A stretch of DNA of 64,000 nt from Nematocida ausubeli. Lineage: Eukaryota. Position 1 is the stretch's first letter. Each line of letters starts with the position of its first letter. Below, in pieces: positions 29,386 to 39,970 of the stretch. Position numbers and translations under genes: made by a program. The notes below the pieces were generated by a model. That model did not search any database and had not been told where the DNA came from. It was given only the letters and a program-made list of their open reading frames with translations. The stretch lies in NCBI RefSeq assembly GCF_000738915.1, contig NW_026515637.1:682001-746000 (forward strand), written 5' to 3'.

Positions 29386-30090
29386 ATGAAACCAAAAGGC
29401 CTTCTGGCTGTGTTCCAGAAGCATCTGCAAAGAGAGGTATTTTCCACCCCAGAATACAAAGTCATCCAAGAATGCATAGACCAATTTCAGAACACTGTAG
29501 CGCACAGATATATTCTTGCACCTATTCTAGGCCAAGTAGCCCAGCTTACTTTACAAACTGCAAAAACGACAGCCAGAATTGTTACAGTTGCAGATATTCT
29601 GGCAGAAGCAATAGGCACGTCCATGGTGGATGCAATTGACAAAACAATTAGCATCCCACTGGATATAATGGAATATGCAATCCATACGCCAATAGTATGT
29701 GCAGGCCGGGTTTTGGGTTATCCTGGCGTGCCGTATAAAAGACACATTGATATACGAAAAAACAACCAGGCACTCAATTCTCTGCCAGAGACGAAGAAAC
29801 AAGTTAAAGACCTAATTGTTGCTGTTCTTGAGGGAATTAAATATGACGATATTCTGCAGGAATATTCGCCGTATGCATGGAGGAATATTCGGGTTGCGTA
29901 TACTCCCGGGGGGCTATTGGATGTAACTCGAATAGAATACAGCCCAAATAAGAAAGAAGTGCAATTTAATGCAGATATGTACAATGAAGCAGAAGACAAA
30001 ATAGTTAGAAAGAAAAGTAAGTGGAGCATAAAGGAGAGTGCCCCAGAGGGTGTCACTGTGCACAAAGTAGAAGTGGCTGATATTTTATAG
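29386..30090 (+). CDS. Hypothetical protein
   Basis: 234-aa ORF with gene-like codon usage. Confidence 0.7.
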   Translation: MKPKGLLAVFQKHLQREVFSTPEYKVIQECIDQFQNTVAHRYILAPILGQVAQLTLQTAKTTARIVTVADILAEAIGTSMVDAIDKTISIPLDIMEYAIHTPIVCAGRVLGYPGVPYKRHIDIRKNNQALNSLPETKKQVKDLIVAVLEGIKYDDILQEYSPYAWRNIRVAYTPGGLLDVTRIEYSPNKKEVQFNADMYNEAEDKIVRKKSKWSIKESAPEGVTVHKVEVADIL

Positions 30091-30943
30091 CTCCTGTCAA
30101 TTCAGGCTATATCAGGCTATTTAGGCGACATAGTCAGGTTTATTCGCAATATACTAGGATATGCCCGCTAATTCTGTATATTTAATTAGGGCATACGAGT
30201 ATATCACTGTCTGTGCTATTCAGATAGTACAAATGAACTGACGGTTATTTCTGCATATATGCATCTTTCCATATAATAAAAGTATTTAGGCTATATTCAG
30301 GTTATATCAGGCCATATCTTTCTGTAGGCATGAACATTTTCACTCTACTTGCACTAGATATCAATTAAATGCAATAGAAAAAAAGCCTTCAATTTATATC
30401 AATGCATATTTTAAAAAGTACGTGTTAAAAGTTTCTTGCCCTATTTATTCTACCGAAGTGAAATAAATACAGAACACCATGGATACATTCGAGTTATTCG
30501 GGTTCTGATTACCATATAAATGGGATGCCCCAATATAACCCGAATTAATTTAGAGTGATGCACTAATTGACGTATAATTAAAGGAGCAATTAATTAGACT
30601 AATTGTGCAATGGCAGGCTAGATTAAAATTAATTCATGTTTAATTTGCGCTTTAAGCCATAGTACATTCATATTTGTGCATTTAAGTGTGATAATTCGGG
30701 CTATACAACCCCTTAAGAATCTTCCAATTTAATTGTCTTTCTTCCACAGTATATCCCAATACAACCCGAATAAATACATTTCTACCTTAGTCCAATAATT
30801 ATAAAAATGCAACCACATTTACTGGTCTTGTATCCCTACCTAGCCTAATTCTAGCATAAATGTCTTCATTTTAAACAGTTCCTCATAGCTTGGATTTAGT
30901 CCTTTAAAAATCTCTTCATTTCTCATAAAAATATAACCTTCAT

Positions 30944-33148
30944 TTATTCCTGTATACTCCACTGTATGGCTGCCCTATTCGCCATGCACAGGCGTGCTTG
31001 CTTCCTTAATTCAACCCTTAGCTTCTGCTGCAAAGTTAAAAGTGCATCTGTCCTTTGCGTTTTCTGCAAGAGTCTGCCCAGAGCCCATCCCATAACCAAT
31101 GGATTATCATCCGCAGGCACCTCAGACAATGCAGTCACTAACTTCTCATGCATCTCTGCATTCATAAGATCAATTACCTTCTCTATATCTGTCTTGGGAA
31201 GCCTTTTAAGTGCAGCGTATATTTGACTAGAGTTATCCCCTTCCAAAGCCACTTCTAACTCCTCAAGTGCACTTATCCTGTATATCTTCTTGTCTGCTGT
31301 TAATTCCTTTATTTCTGCTGCTTTCTCAGCAAGAGATCTTTCTTCAAAAAGTGTCGTGCTGTAATCTCCTTCTGTAAATAAAGAAATAGCCCTCTCACGA
31401 GTCACTAGCATATGTCTATCAATAATTGCAATTCTATTCTGGCCAGGCACTGCCCTTGTCTTTCCTGTTAAATATTCTATTTGTTTTACTTTCTCAAAGG
31501 TCTCCCGAAGGTAATAGACTAAACCGTAGCCAGTTGACACAATAAGCAGATTGTTCTGTAAGTATATTCCGGATGGATCGATTGGGTTTAGTGTCTTTCT
31601 GCATTCTCCGTGGCGTAGTCCCCAGACCTTCACTAATTTATCGCCTCCTAGCGTGTAAAGAAGGTCTTTCTCCATGCAGATGCACATGTCCACCACAGGC
31701 ACAGAATGACCGTACAATGAAAGCACCTTTGTTCCGTCTATTTTATGCACTTTCACTGTACTGTCAGCAAGTGATGCAAATACAAGCGCACAATCCTGTG
31801 ATACACGCACACAAATCACTTCATCTTCATATTCAAGTTCATCTACTTCAAAGGCCTCTGGCGTGTATGCTTCAGCACAGACAGACTTGTCTTTTTTTGC
31901 TTTTTCTGAAAGACCCAAATTAGCTCGCCTCTCCAGCAAAATAACTCTGTTCCCAGTGGATGCTGCAATTAATGCATCTTTCACATCAAGTGAAACAATT
32001 GCATCTTCAGACACATTTATCACTTGCATCTCTTCCCCATGAATATTTCTAACTGAAATATTTCCATCCTTCCTGCCAATGTAATACTTCCCATTATGCA
32101 CAGATACGCACGTCATGCCTGTATCCTCAAATAATACTCTAGCTATGTCTAATGTGTCTAGTGCGTCTGTCTCTGGTGCAACTGCAAATACCTTTCCTTC
32201 TGTCTCTGTTATTCCCAGTACACTCCCTGAGTTGACAACCACAGCAATTAAATTATCACGGCCTCCTTCTACTGATGTAATATAGTCATTGCCTCTGTAT
32301 ACGTATATGCCATTATCTGCGAATAGTGCAACTGCCTTATTACAGAACACTTGCAAGGACGTAACAGGCCGGGTTGATTTAAATTGACCTTTTTCAACTA
32401 TATTTCCCTCTGTTATACACATCCAGTGGTATTTACTCTTTGTGTCTCTTGCAAATATATATTCACCTTCTGTTGCCACGTGGGTTATCCTGTGGTTTAA
32501 TTTCAGCTCTGCTTTTGTCTCTACATTTACGATGCACTCTGGTAGTATAGCATACAATGCATCGCTTGTCACCAGAAAATCAAGCATCCTGTTGCCTGAT
32601 AGGGTTATTATATCTGGGTCTTCGAGTTTATTGAATAAATCAGTGATTTTATATGTGTGAACTATTCCTTGTTCTGTTCCTATGTGGATCTGTGAGTTGA
32701 CTATTTTTACAACTCGAATTGGGATGGAAATATTAATTGTGCATAAAACACTCTCTATCCTTAAGTCTATCACAGTAAATGCAGACACAGAGTATACCAC
32801 TGCAATTTCTGTTGTAGAGTCTATTCCAATTATCTTCTTCAGGTGCTCTCGGAAGCCAAATAGTTCACTTCCTTCTTGGTCTATGCACCTCACAACTCCA
32901 TCTACGTGCCCTATGATAAATCTGGTTTCTTCCCCAGGAACTGCTCCAATTGCTGAGACTGCAGTGGGTGAATTCGGGCTATAATTTAATGCGTATTCAA
33001 TGGAGAGCGTATCCACGTTCCAAACCAGAATATTTTCGTATGCCACGGAGACAATCTTATTTTCATTAATTCTTGCAGAGACTGATGCACTCTCTCCAAT
33101 GCATGAAATACTCTTTGTGTATTTATAGTTGGCTATGTACTCATTCAT
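30944..33148 (-). CDS. UTP12: WD40 SSU-processome protein Utp12/Dip2 (WDR3)
   Basis: WD repeats; ASLADSTVKV..LSLYGHSVPV..GGDKLVKVWGLRHGECRKTL matches the Dip2 signature; helical C-terminal Utp12-like domain; first ATG at 33148. Confidence 0.8.
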   Translation of the reverse strand: MNEYIANYKYTKSISCIGESASVSARINENKIVSVAYENILVWNVDTLSIEYALNYSPNSPTAVSAIGAVPGEETRFIIGHVDGVVRCIDQEGSELFGFREHLKKIIGIDSTTEIAVVYSVSAFTVIDLRIESVLCTINISIPIRVVKIVNSQIHIGTEQGIVHTYKITDLFNKLEDPDIITLSGNRMLDFLVTSDALYAILPECIVNVETKAELKLNHRITHVATEGEYIFARDTKSKYHWMCITEGNIVEKGQFKSTRPVTSLQVFCNKAVALFADNGIYVYRGNDYITSVEGGRDNLIAVVVNSGSVLGITETEGKVFAVAPETDALDTLDIARVLFEDTGMTCVSVHNGKYYIGRKDGNISVRNIHGEEMQVINVSEDAIVSLDVKDALIAASTGNRVILLERRANLGLSEKAKKDKSVCAEAYTPEAFEVDELEYEDEVICVRVSQDCALVFASLADSTVKVHKIDGTKVLSLYGHSVPVVDMCICMEKDLLYTLGGDKLVKVWGLRHGECRKTLNPIDPSGIYLQNNLLIVSTGYGLVYYLRETFEKVKQIEYLTGKTRAVPGQNRIAIIDRHMLVTRERAISLFTEGDYSTTLFEERSLAEKAAEIKELTADKKIYRISALEELEVALEGDNSSQIYAALKRLPKTDIEKVIDLMNAEMHEKLVTALSEVPADDNPLVMGWALGRLLQKTQRTDALLTLQQKLRVELRKQARLCMANRAAIQWSIQE

Positions 33149-33745
33149 CTTATGGAGTAAAAAATTTTCACTTTTCAGTTGATTTTTGGGGGTTAGTTTA
33201 GAGTGCGTGCTTAGGAGTAATCTGGGCCTATTAGGTGGTGATGGCGGGTTATTACTACACACAGGATTATCGGGTTATTTATATAATTTCCATAATGAAA
33301 GTCATTTTTATCTGGGTAATTTCTTTTTGGTTAAATTTGGACGTATACGCAGTGAAGTGCCTTTAGTTTAGCCAGATTATTCTGGGCTGTGCATTCTAGC
33401 ACTCTTACCCAGAAATATTCCATATTCACTTAAGATACTCAAAACATAAGATATTTCTGCTGGAAAATAAACCAGAATAACCCGAAATAACAAATAACCA
33501 GATATAACTGCATAAAAACAAACAACAACCAATAATAACTTATTTGAATCTTTATTTATTTAATTATAGTGCTTCATATTGTGTCCATTGATTTGATCTG
33601 ATTTTATATAGAATCCTGTGCCCACACTCAACACACCGCACAGCATCCTTCGGTCCAAGTATTGCTATTTTGTTGCATTCTGAGCACTGGTAGCTGCATT
33701 TCCGCTCTTCTTCGTTCATTTCTGCAGAAATAAAATATTTTCGGG

Positions 33746-34780
33746 TTATATTCTGGGCCCATTCCCAGGGGAGCTGTCCCCTTCATATCCACTATGGTAA
33801 TAATTAGGCGGATATGGACTGCCCCGAAGGATCCTGTCATAGCCATAACCTGGCTCATGACTTTTATAATAGCCCGAATCGTGGGGGAATCTTTCTGGTG
33901 TGTCATAAATTCTGTTTACGTCGTTCATATACGGCGTATTAAGGTACTGCTGAATCAGGTTCTCGTGCTGCTTTATAATGGGCTGCAACTTAGGCGTAGC
34001 GAATGTATATACATGTCCTGTTTCAGAGGCCACCACCAAAAGAATTTCACACTTTGTTAAGACATTCAGCTCATATGCTTTTTTCATGATGCCCTTCTTT
34101 CTTTTACTGAATGTCACTCCTCTGCGTCCTTTATCCTTTATGAAATCCATGCGAATCTTTTTTCTTCCTTTTACTCTGCTTGGGTCGTCATCGCTTTCAG
34201 CAGAGTCTTCATTGTCTTCTTTCCGGAAGAACCGTAGGCTAGACATGGCGGCTGCAGATTTCTGTCGGTCAGATGGGTGCACCTCCTGCGGGGATGCTAA
34301 ATGTGTTGTAACTGGACTGTGTGCTGGGTGACTTGGAGGCGAATGAAACCCAAGCATTTTGTCCCTCTCTATCTCCTGCCCAATAGATAGCAAGGATGCC
34401 CCAGATATACTATTACTTCTGAACTGTCTGCTGGGAAATGGCTGTGCATACATTCTTCCCTCCCTTCTTTCATTTTCTTTGCGGGTCTGTGAAGATGTCT
34501 CCATAATGGGCGACCTCTCCTCTGGGTAAGGCCTATCATACATATGTGCGTATTCTTCATTTCTTCTGTATTGGTAATCTTTGTTTTGATTATATCTGTA
34601 GTCCTCTGATGCTCTCTCTTCATATTCGGGCTTCTCTTGATATTCTCTATATCCCGGTGTGTGGTATTTTTCATCTACTCCATTATGATAGGCTCCTTTC
34701 TGCTTGTGCCGTTCATTTCTTTCATAAGATGGGCTGATCCTAGGAGAACTATCATCTCGTGAGTACCTCGGTTCTGCCAT
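33746..34780 (-). CDS. MCM1: MADS-box transcription factor, SRF/Mcm1 type
   Basis: KGRKKIRMDFIKDKGRRGVTFSKRKKGIMKKAYELNVLTKCEILLVVASETGHVYTFATPKLQP. Confidence 0.9.
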   Translation of the reverse strand: MAEPRYSRDDSSPRISPSYERNERHKQKGAYHNGVDEKYHTPGYREYQEKPEYEERASEDYRYNQNKDYQYRRNEEYAHMYDRPYPEERSPIMETSSQTRKENERREGRMYAQPFPSRQFRSNSISGASLLSIGQEIERDKMLGFHSPPSHPAHSPVTTHLASPQEVHPSDRQKSAAAMSSLRFFRKEDNEDSAESDDDPSRVKGRKKIRMDFIKDKGRRGVTFSKRKKGIMKKAYELNVLTKCEILLVVASETGHVYTFATPKLQPIIKQHENLIQQYLNTPYMNDVNRIYDTPERFPHDSGYYKSHEPGYGYDRILRGSPYPPNYYHSGYEGDSSPGNGPRI

Positions 34781-34869
34781 TTACAGGGGCACACAAAATT
34801 ACTAAATATATTTTTCTAAAATAGGAAAATCCAAGTTTAATTTTCAAAATTATAAATATTATTTTCTTT

Positions 34870-35280
34870 ATGATTGCCATGCACATTAAAGAAATATGGC
34901 CAGAGCCGCCTCTCCCAAAAAAAGTGCAGGATGTGCCCAGAATCCCAAAAGTAATTGAAGCCTTTCAAAGGACGCTTTTCCAAGAAGAAGTACAAGAGAC
35001 AGAAAGAAAATTGAGTGATGTCATATCTGATATCACGTCTCTTTTCACTGAATCTGTGCAGAACTCGGTGCTTGTGAAGAATCCTCGGGGAATTGAAGGA
35101 GAAGTTAAAAAAATAGCAAAATTATACGAAGAAATAAATTTAATTATAAGCAGTAAAAGGGAGATAGAAGCAAAGGAAAGGGTTGTGCATTTAGTTAAAA
35201 AACAAATAAAAAAAAAGCAAAACCTAATTAACAAACTAAATTTAAATGAAAAAACAAAAAGAAAAGAAATTGCAGAGTAG
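34870..35280 (+). CDS. Mediator subunit Med7-like (reduced)
   Basis: N-terminal WPEPP and the C-terminal helix pattern IAKLYEEINLIISSKREIEAKERVVHLVKKQIKKK, which resembles Med7 LFINxHHLLNExRPHQARExLxxLLEEQ. Confidence 0.55.
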   Translation: MIAMHIKEIWPEPPLPKKVQDVPRIPKVIEAFQRTLFQEEVQETERKLSDVISDITSLFTESVQNSVLVKNPRGIEGEVKKIAKLYEEINLIISSKREIEAKERVVHLVKKQIKKKQNLINKLNLNEKTKRKEIAE

Positions 35281-37704
35281 TTTTAGTTTTACATAGAGAA
35301 GGTTTAGAAAAAAAAAGAAAAAAGGAAGAAAAAAAGAAGAGAAAAAAGGGAGTTAGAGGAGCAGGAAGATGAGGAATTGTATTTATTTGCGGGTAATTTA
35401 TGGTTCCGTGAATTAAAGGGTTAGTGCATCTCTAGATTCTTAATAAATAGTGGCTTTAGACTTATTCTATGTTGGGCTAATTTTAGGCTAATTGGTAGTT
35501 ATAAAATGACTTATTGTGGATTACTTATTTGGGAGATGACTTGCCTAAAAAGGAAATATTAATTCTGTAATTGAAAATCTAATTAGTTTAAATTGGAAAT
35601 TCAATTAAGCGTATTTTTTGGTAATTATGTGCCTACTTCTAATTAATGTATTTCGGGTGTAATGAAACAGCCTGAAATAGCCTCTGTGCTAAAAATATTT
35701 TGAGCTCTTAAAGGATCCTCTTCCTCTAAAACTGCTAGAAAATTGAAGAAAAATATGCAAAAATTGCATGTGCAGCGAATGAACTATTCTGGTTAAATTG
35801 AGCTATATTCAGACATACATGCGAATAACCCGAATACACAAACAAGTACTATACATTTAGACTGATATAATAGAATAGCATATTGTTATGAAAATGTGTT
35901 GCGGTGCAGTCGGTCACTAGTTTGGTCTAAATATATCCCAGCTTACTTGGTCTCAAAAATAAGCCAAGTTTATTCATACTTGTAAATATTATAGAAATAT
36001 TGTCTAACACAAGTTCATAGCAAATAATATGCATGCGTGTCAATATATGCCATGATATACTACATAGAGAATTATATCTGGCTATATATTCGGGCTATAT
36101 TAGGAAGAGAAGCACTTTTGTTGTGTTTTACAGTAAGTTTAATTAATATTAATGTGTCATAGTGTAATTGAAACCGGATATAACCTGAATATTAACCCAG
36201 AACCTGCCTAGACTGTTTGGATATTCTATATTTACATTTTATAATTAAAAGCCTTCTATAGCTCCATTGAAATTGGGCTATTTTAAATCCTCAGCAATAA
36301 CAAGAAAATATCCAAAGAGTGGGCATTTCACTATTGTTAAAAGCAATATAACCCGAATAGCAGTGTATATCCTGCATATATTGGGGATTTTCTATCCTAT
36401 ACTTAAATATAACCCGAATATTGTCTAAATCTATCCTAAATTCAGCCTAAGCTCTTGCGTTATTACACTTATATAACCTAAATACTTCAAGATATCCCGA
36501 ATAACCCAGTATAACATAGACAAATGATGACATAACCAAATAACCAGAATTTATATAACTCAAAGTTAATTAATCTTGCACTCTGAATCTTTCGATTGAT
36601 TCGAAAACATCTCCAGAGATTATGCAGAAATCATATCTTTAAAGATCTATTGTTTGCATCCAAGGCATGCATGGTCTCTAAATATTGCAGAATCTTGATT
36701 TTACCTTGTCTTTGCTGAAGAATTAAAAATAAAACACTTTTCATAAGATATTCATGCAGAAATATGTGTACGTGTTTGATTTATTCAAAAAAATAAAAGA
36801 AAATATTCGGGCTATATAGAGCAAAAGAAAGACATACAGACAAAAAAGAAGCAAGCTATACCCATAAAGAAATATTCAGACTGTATATGAAAAAAAGAGT
36901 AGTCAAGTTATATACAGGTTAATCCAGAGCTACAGTGCTAGATTAGCAAAAAAGCAGCATATTTAATTCGGGTTATAAGATGTAAATAGAAGAAGCAGCA
37001 GAAACCAATATAATCCAAGTAGTCTCCAGAGATTGAGCACTGGCGTATATAGAATATAGATATGCAACAAGAGATAACCCGAAATAACTAATAACTAATA
37101 AATAACCCATATCTAACTTATTTTTTAAAAACCAAGATATAACCGTATAAAATAACAAATAACCGATAAATAACCCAAATGAATAACCATATAAAATCAA
37201 ATAGAATCTGAACATAACAAAATATAGCCACATATAATTAATAAATAACCAATAAATAACATAACCAAAGACACTTTATGTCTCTCACTCACTTATTCCT
37301 TCACTCCTCCACATAACCAAGAAGCAAACAAGCAATGGGCCTGCCCAAAAATATAAAATATTTTACATATTCCTAGCATAAAATAAAAATCAACCAAAGT
37401 ATACCACATCCCCCAAAAAACCCACATAAAATGCACTAACCCGAAAACAACCAAGAAAACACCGCACACACCCAACAATAAAAACAAAAAGAAACAATCA
37501 CTCACTGATTTTTACCATAAAAACATGCAAGAACCCAATATAATCCAGAGTGACCTGAGTAAAGCATCAATTCCCCCATGGAAGAAATATAAACACTCTT
37601 TAATTGAAAAGAAATAATTGAATAAGATTAAATATCCACTCTTAGTCACGTATACCATACGCTTTCATTACCACGCATGTATCTATTTTTTTTATTTACA
37701 GAGA

Positions 37705-39588
37705 ATGAAGCAAGCCCCAGTTGGACCAGAGGAAAGAAAATCTATTTTAAAGAAGATATATCATGCTCTACGGCAGTCCCCCATGTTCACACACTATTCT
37801 GTAGAGCATATCAGGGACTCAGCCATAAAATCAGAACAGCTGACATTTAACAGGTCATACACTAAGCAAGAGTACATGCAGGCAATGCATGCTAAGCTAG
37901 CCAAGATAGAAAAGAGCTATGTAATGAATGCAGAAGAAATTCTTCGGGAAATGGGAAATAAGTCTGGGCAGGTCTTACCAGAGCCAATTCACATCACAAG
38001 GCCAATGGGAATATTCAGGGACCAAATGGAAAAGCCACCTAACCCAGATATGGATGAGTACCAGATGCACATTCCAAAAAAACCAGAGTTTGTTTCCCTG
38101 ACAGGAGGCACAAACAGAGGGATAAACTTCTCATTTATTCCAGATGACCCGCATGCAGGCCGGGCCCAGCCCAGGAGTAGCACGCCCCACATGCAGCCAG
38201 AAATAACCCGAATGACAGTCCCGCCAGGAATGGGTCTAGGGGGAGGCGATATACCAGGGGCCCCATCAGGCTACTCTCATGCGATGCCCATTAATACAAC
38301 AATTACAGGCACAGAAATGTATCCAGGGCATGTCAATGTAGGCACACACTTAAACAGCAGCGCAGGAAGTAGTCATATAAACAATGGGCACTTAAATAAC
38401 AGCACAGGAAATAGTGGACATATAAATAACAGTATAGGAAGTAGTCACTTAAATAGTAGTCATAAAAACAACGGCCATATAACTAACAGCCACATAAACA
38501 ATGGGCATGCAGGAAGTAGCGCAGTAAACAACAACGTAGGGCACACACAATTCCTTAACCCGGAGACCAGATATAACCCGAAGATGGGCATGCACGGGAT
38601 AAATGGTGCCCCAGGGCAGTATGGGTTTATTAATGTAGGAAAAACAAGAAACACTTCGATTGGGATGGGTGCACCTGGGGGCAGGCCTGCCCCAATGAAC
38701 CACAACATCATAAAGATAGATCCTTTGACAGACCTGGGTTCGATCCCAAGCACACGCGAGGGCAGAAGTGAAATGAACATAAATCCAGTCGAAGTGAATG
38801 GCATGAATATGCAGAGGGATGCACTAGGGGGCATGAACAAAAGCATAAGCCAAAGTATAGGAAGATTAGAGCCCTTTATGCCGATAGGTGGATTTTCAAC
38901 AGAAGGTGAAGCAAATGCATTTCCCAGAATGGGGATGGAGCACTTTCCAGAGGGGCAGCCAATTAATATGGGCCTGGGGGGTATTTCTTTGGGAAGTGTT
39001 TTGCACAGAACAGGTGCTGCGGGTAGCACAAATACAGCAGCAAAAATGAACAGCACAAGGGCCCCAGGCACACAGTTTGCAAAGGGCGCAGGAGTGCATG
39101 AAATAAAGCCTGTTAAGGTGCGGCAGGAAGAAAAGGCAAAAGTGCGCCCTAAATTGGATAAAATAGAGTCACCCCTTCAGGAAGTATCTGCAGAGTCTTC
39201 ACCCAGGCCAGCGAGCAAGAAAAAAGAAAGCCAGACAGAACAAGAACTGAAGAAAATATCAGAAGAAATTGAAAAAATGAACGAAGTCCTGGTCACGCAT
39301 CAAAGCATCTTCCCAAGATGGGAGAAACAAAGGAATCTTTTCTACAGCCTGGAAGATGTGCTAAATGCAAAGATAAAGAACCCAAATGAAGAAATAGAAA
39401 ATATCCAGGGAATATTCCAGCAAATGAAAAAGCACATAATAGTACTCACGCAAGAGATAAAGGAAGGAGACTCCCTTACGTTTAAAAAGAGAATGGGAAG
39501 AATCTCAAATGCATTTGTGCAGAAGCAAAAGACAGAGCCAGAGTACCAATTTATGACAACAGAGGAGTTACTTCTAGAATATAACTAG
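37705..39588 (+). CDS. KIX-domain protein, Med15/Gal11-like, with a long disordered middle
   Basis: EERKSILKKIYHAL...AIKSEQLTFNRSYTKQEYMQAMHAKLAKI fits a KIX three-helix bundle; Gly/Asn/Met/Pro-rich linker; helical C-terminus; first ATG at 37705. Confidence 0.65.
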   Translation: MKQAPVGPEERKSILKKIYHALRQSPMFTHYSVEHIRDSAIKSEQLTFNRSYTKQEYMQAMHAKLAKIEKSYVMNAEEILREMGNKSGQVLPEPIHITRPMGIFRDQMEKPPNPDMDEYQMHIPKKPEFVSLTGGTNRGINFSFIPDDPHAGRAQPRSSTPHMQPEITRMTVPPGMGLGGGDIPGAPSGYSHAMPINTTITGTEMYPGHVNVGTHLNSSAGSSHINNGHLNNSTGNSGHINNSIGSSHLNSSHKNNGHITNSHINNGHAGSSAVNNNVGHTQFLNPETRYNPKMGMHGINGAPGQYGFINVGKTRNTSIGMGAPGGRPAPMNHNIIKIDPLTDLGSIPSTREGRSEMNINPVEVNGMNMQRDALGGMNKSISQSIGRLEPFMPIGGFSTEGEANAFPRMGMEHFPEGQPINMGLGGISLGSVLHRTGAAGSTNTAAKMNSTRAPGTQFAKGAGVHEIKPVKVRQEEKAKVRPKLDKIESPLQEVSAESSPRPASKKKESQTEQELKKISEEIEKMNEVLVTHQSIFPRWEKQRNLFYSLEDVLNAKIKNPNEEIENIQGIFQQMKKHIIVLTQEIKEGDSLTFKKRMGRISNAFVQKQKTEPEYQFMTTEELLLEYN

Positions 39589-39970
39589 CCAGGTCATACA
39601 GAAGGGTCTTGTGTCTTTGGCAAAGGTCCATTCGGGTTGACAGATAAACCCGAAATAACCGAACCCGAAATAAATAAATAATATTGCAGTTGAACTAATT
39701 ATTACACAATTATATATGGGCATGCGTGGTGATACTGTGATGTAAAGTGGTATAATGTGAGAGTGAATTAAAAATAAGCAGATGGAATATTTATGTGATA
39801 GAATATGGCTAATTATAACAGGAGTGATAATAATATGGCTAATTATAACAGTAGTAGTAAACAGAAAAAAACTACACAAAAAACAACTAAAAGATACCCA
39901 AAAATCAAAAATACACCCAAGACAAACACTCAAAAATCAAAAAAAACCAATTTATTAATATTCAAACGAA

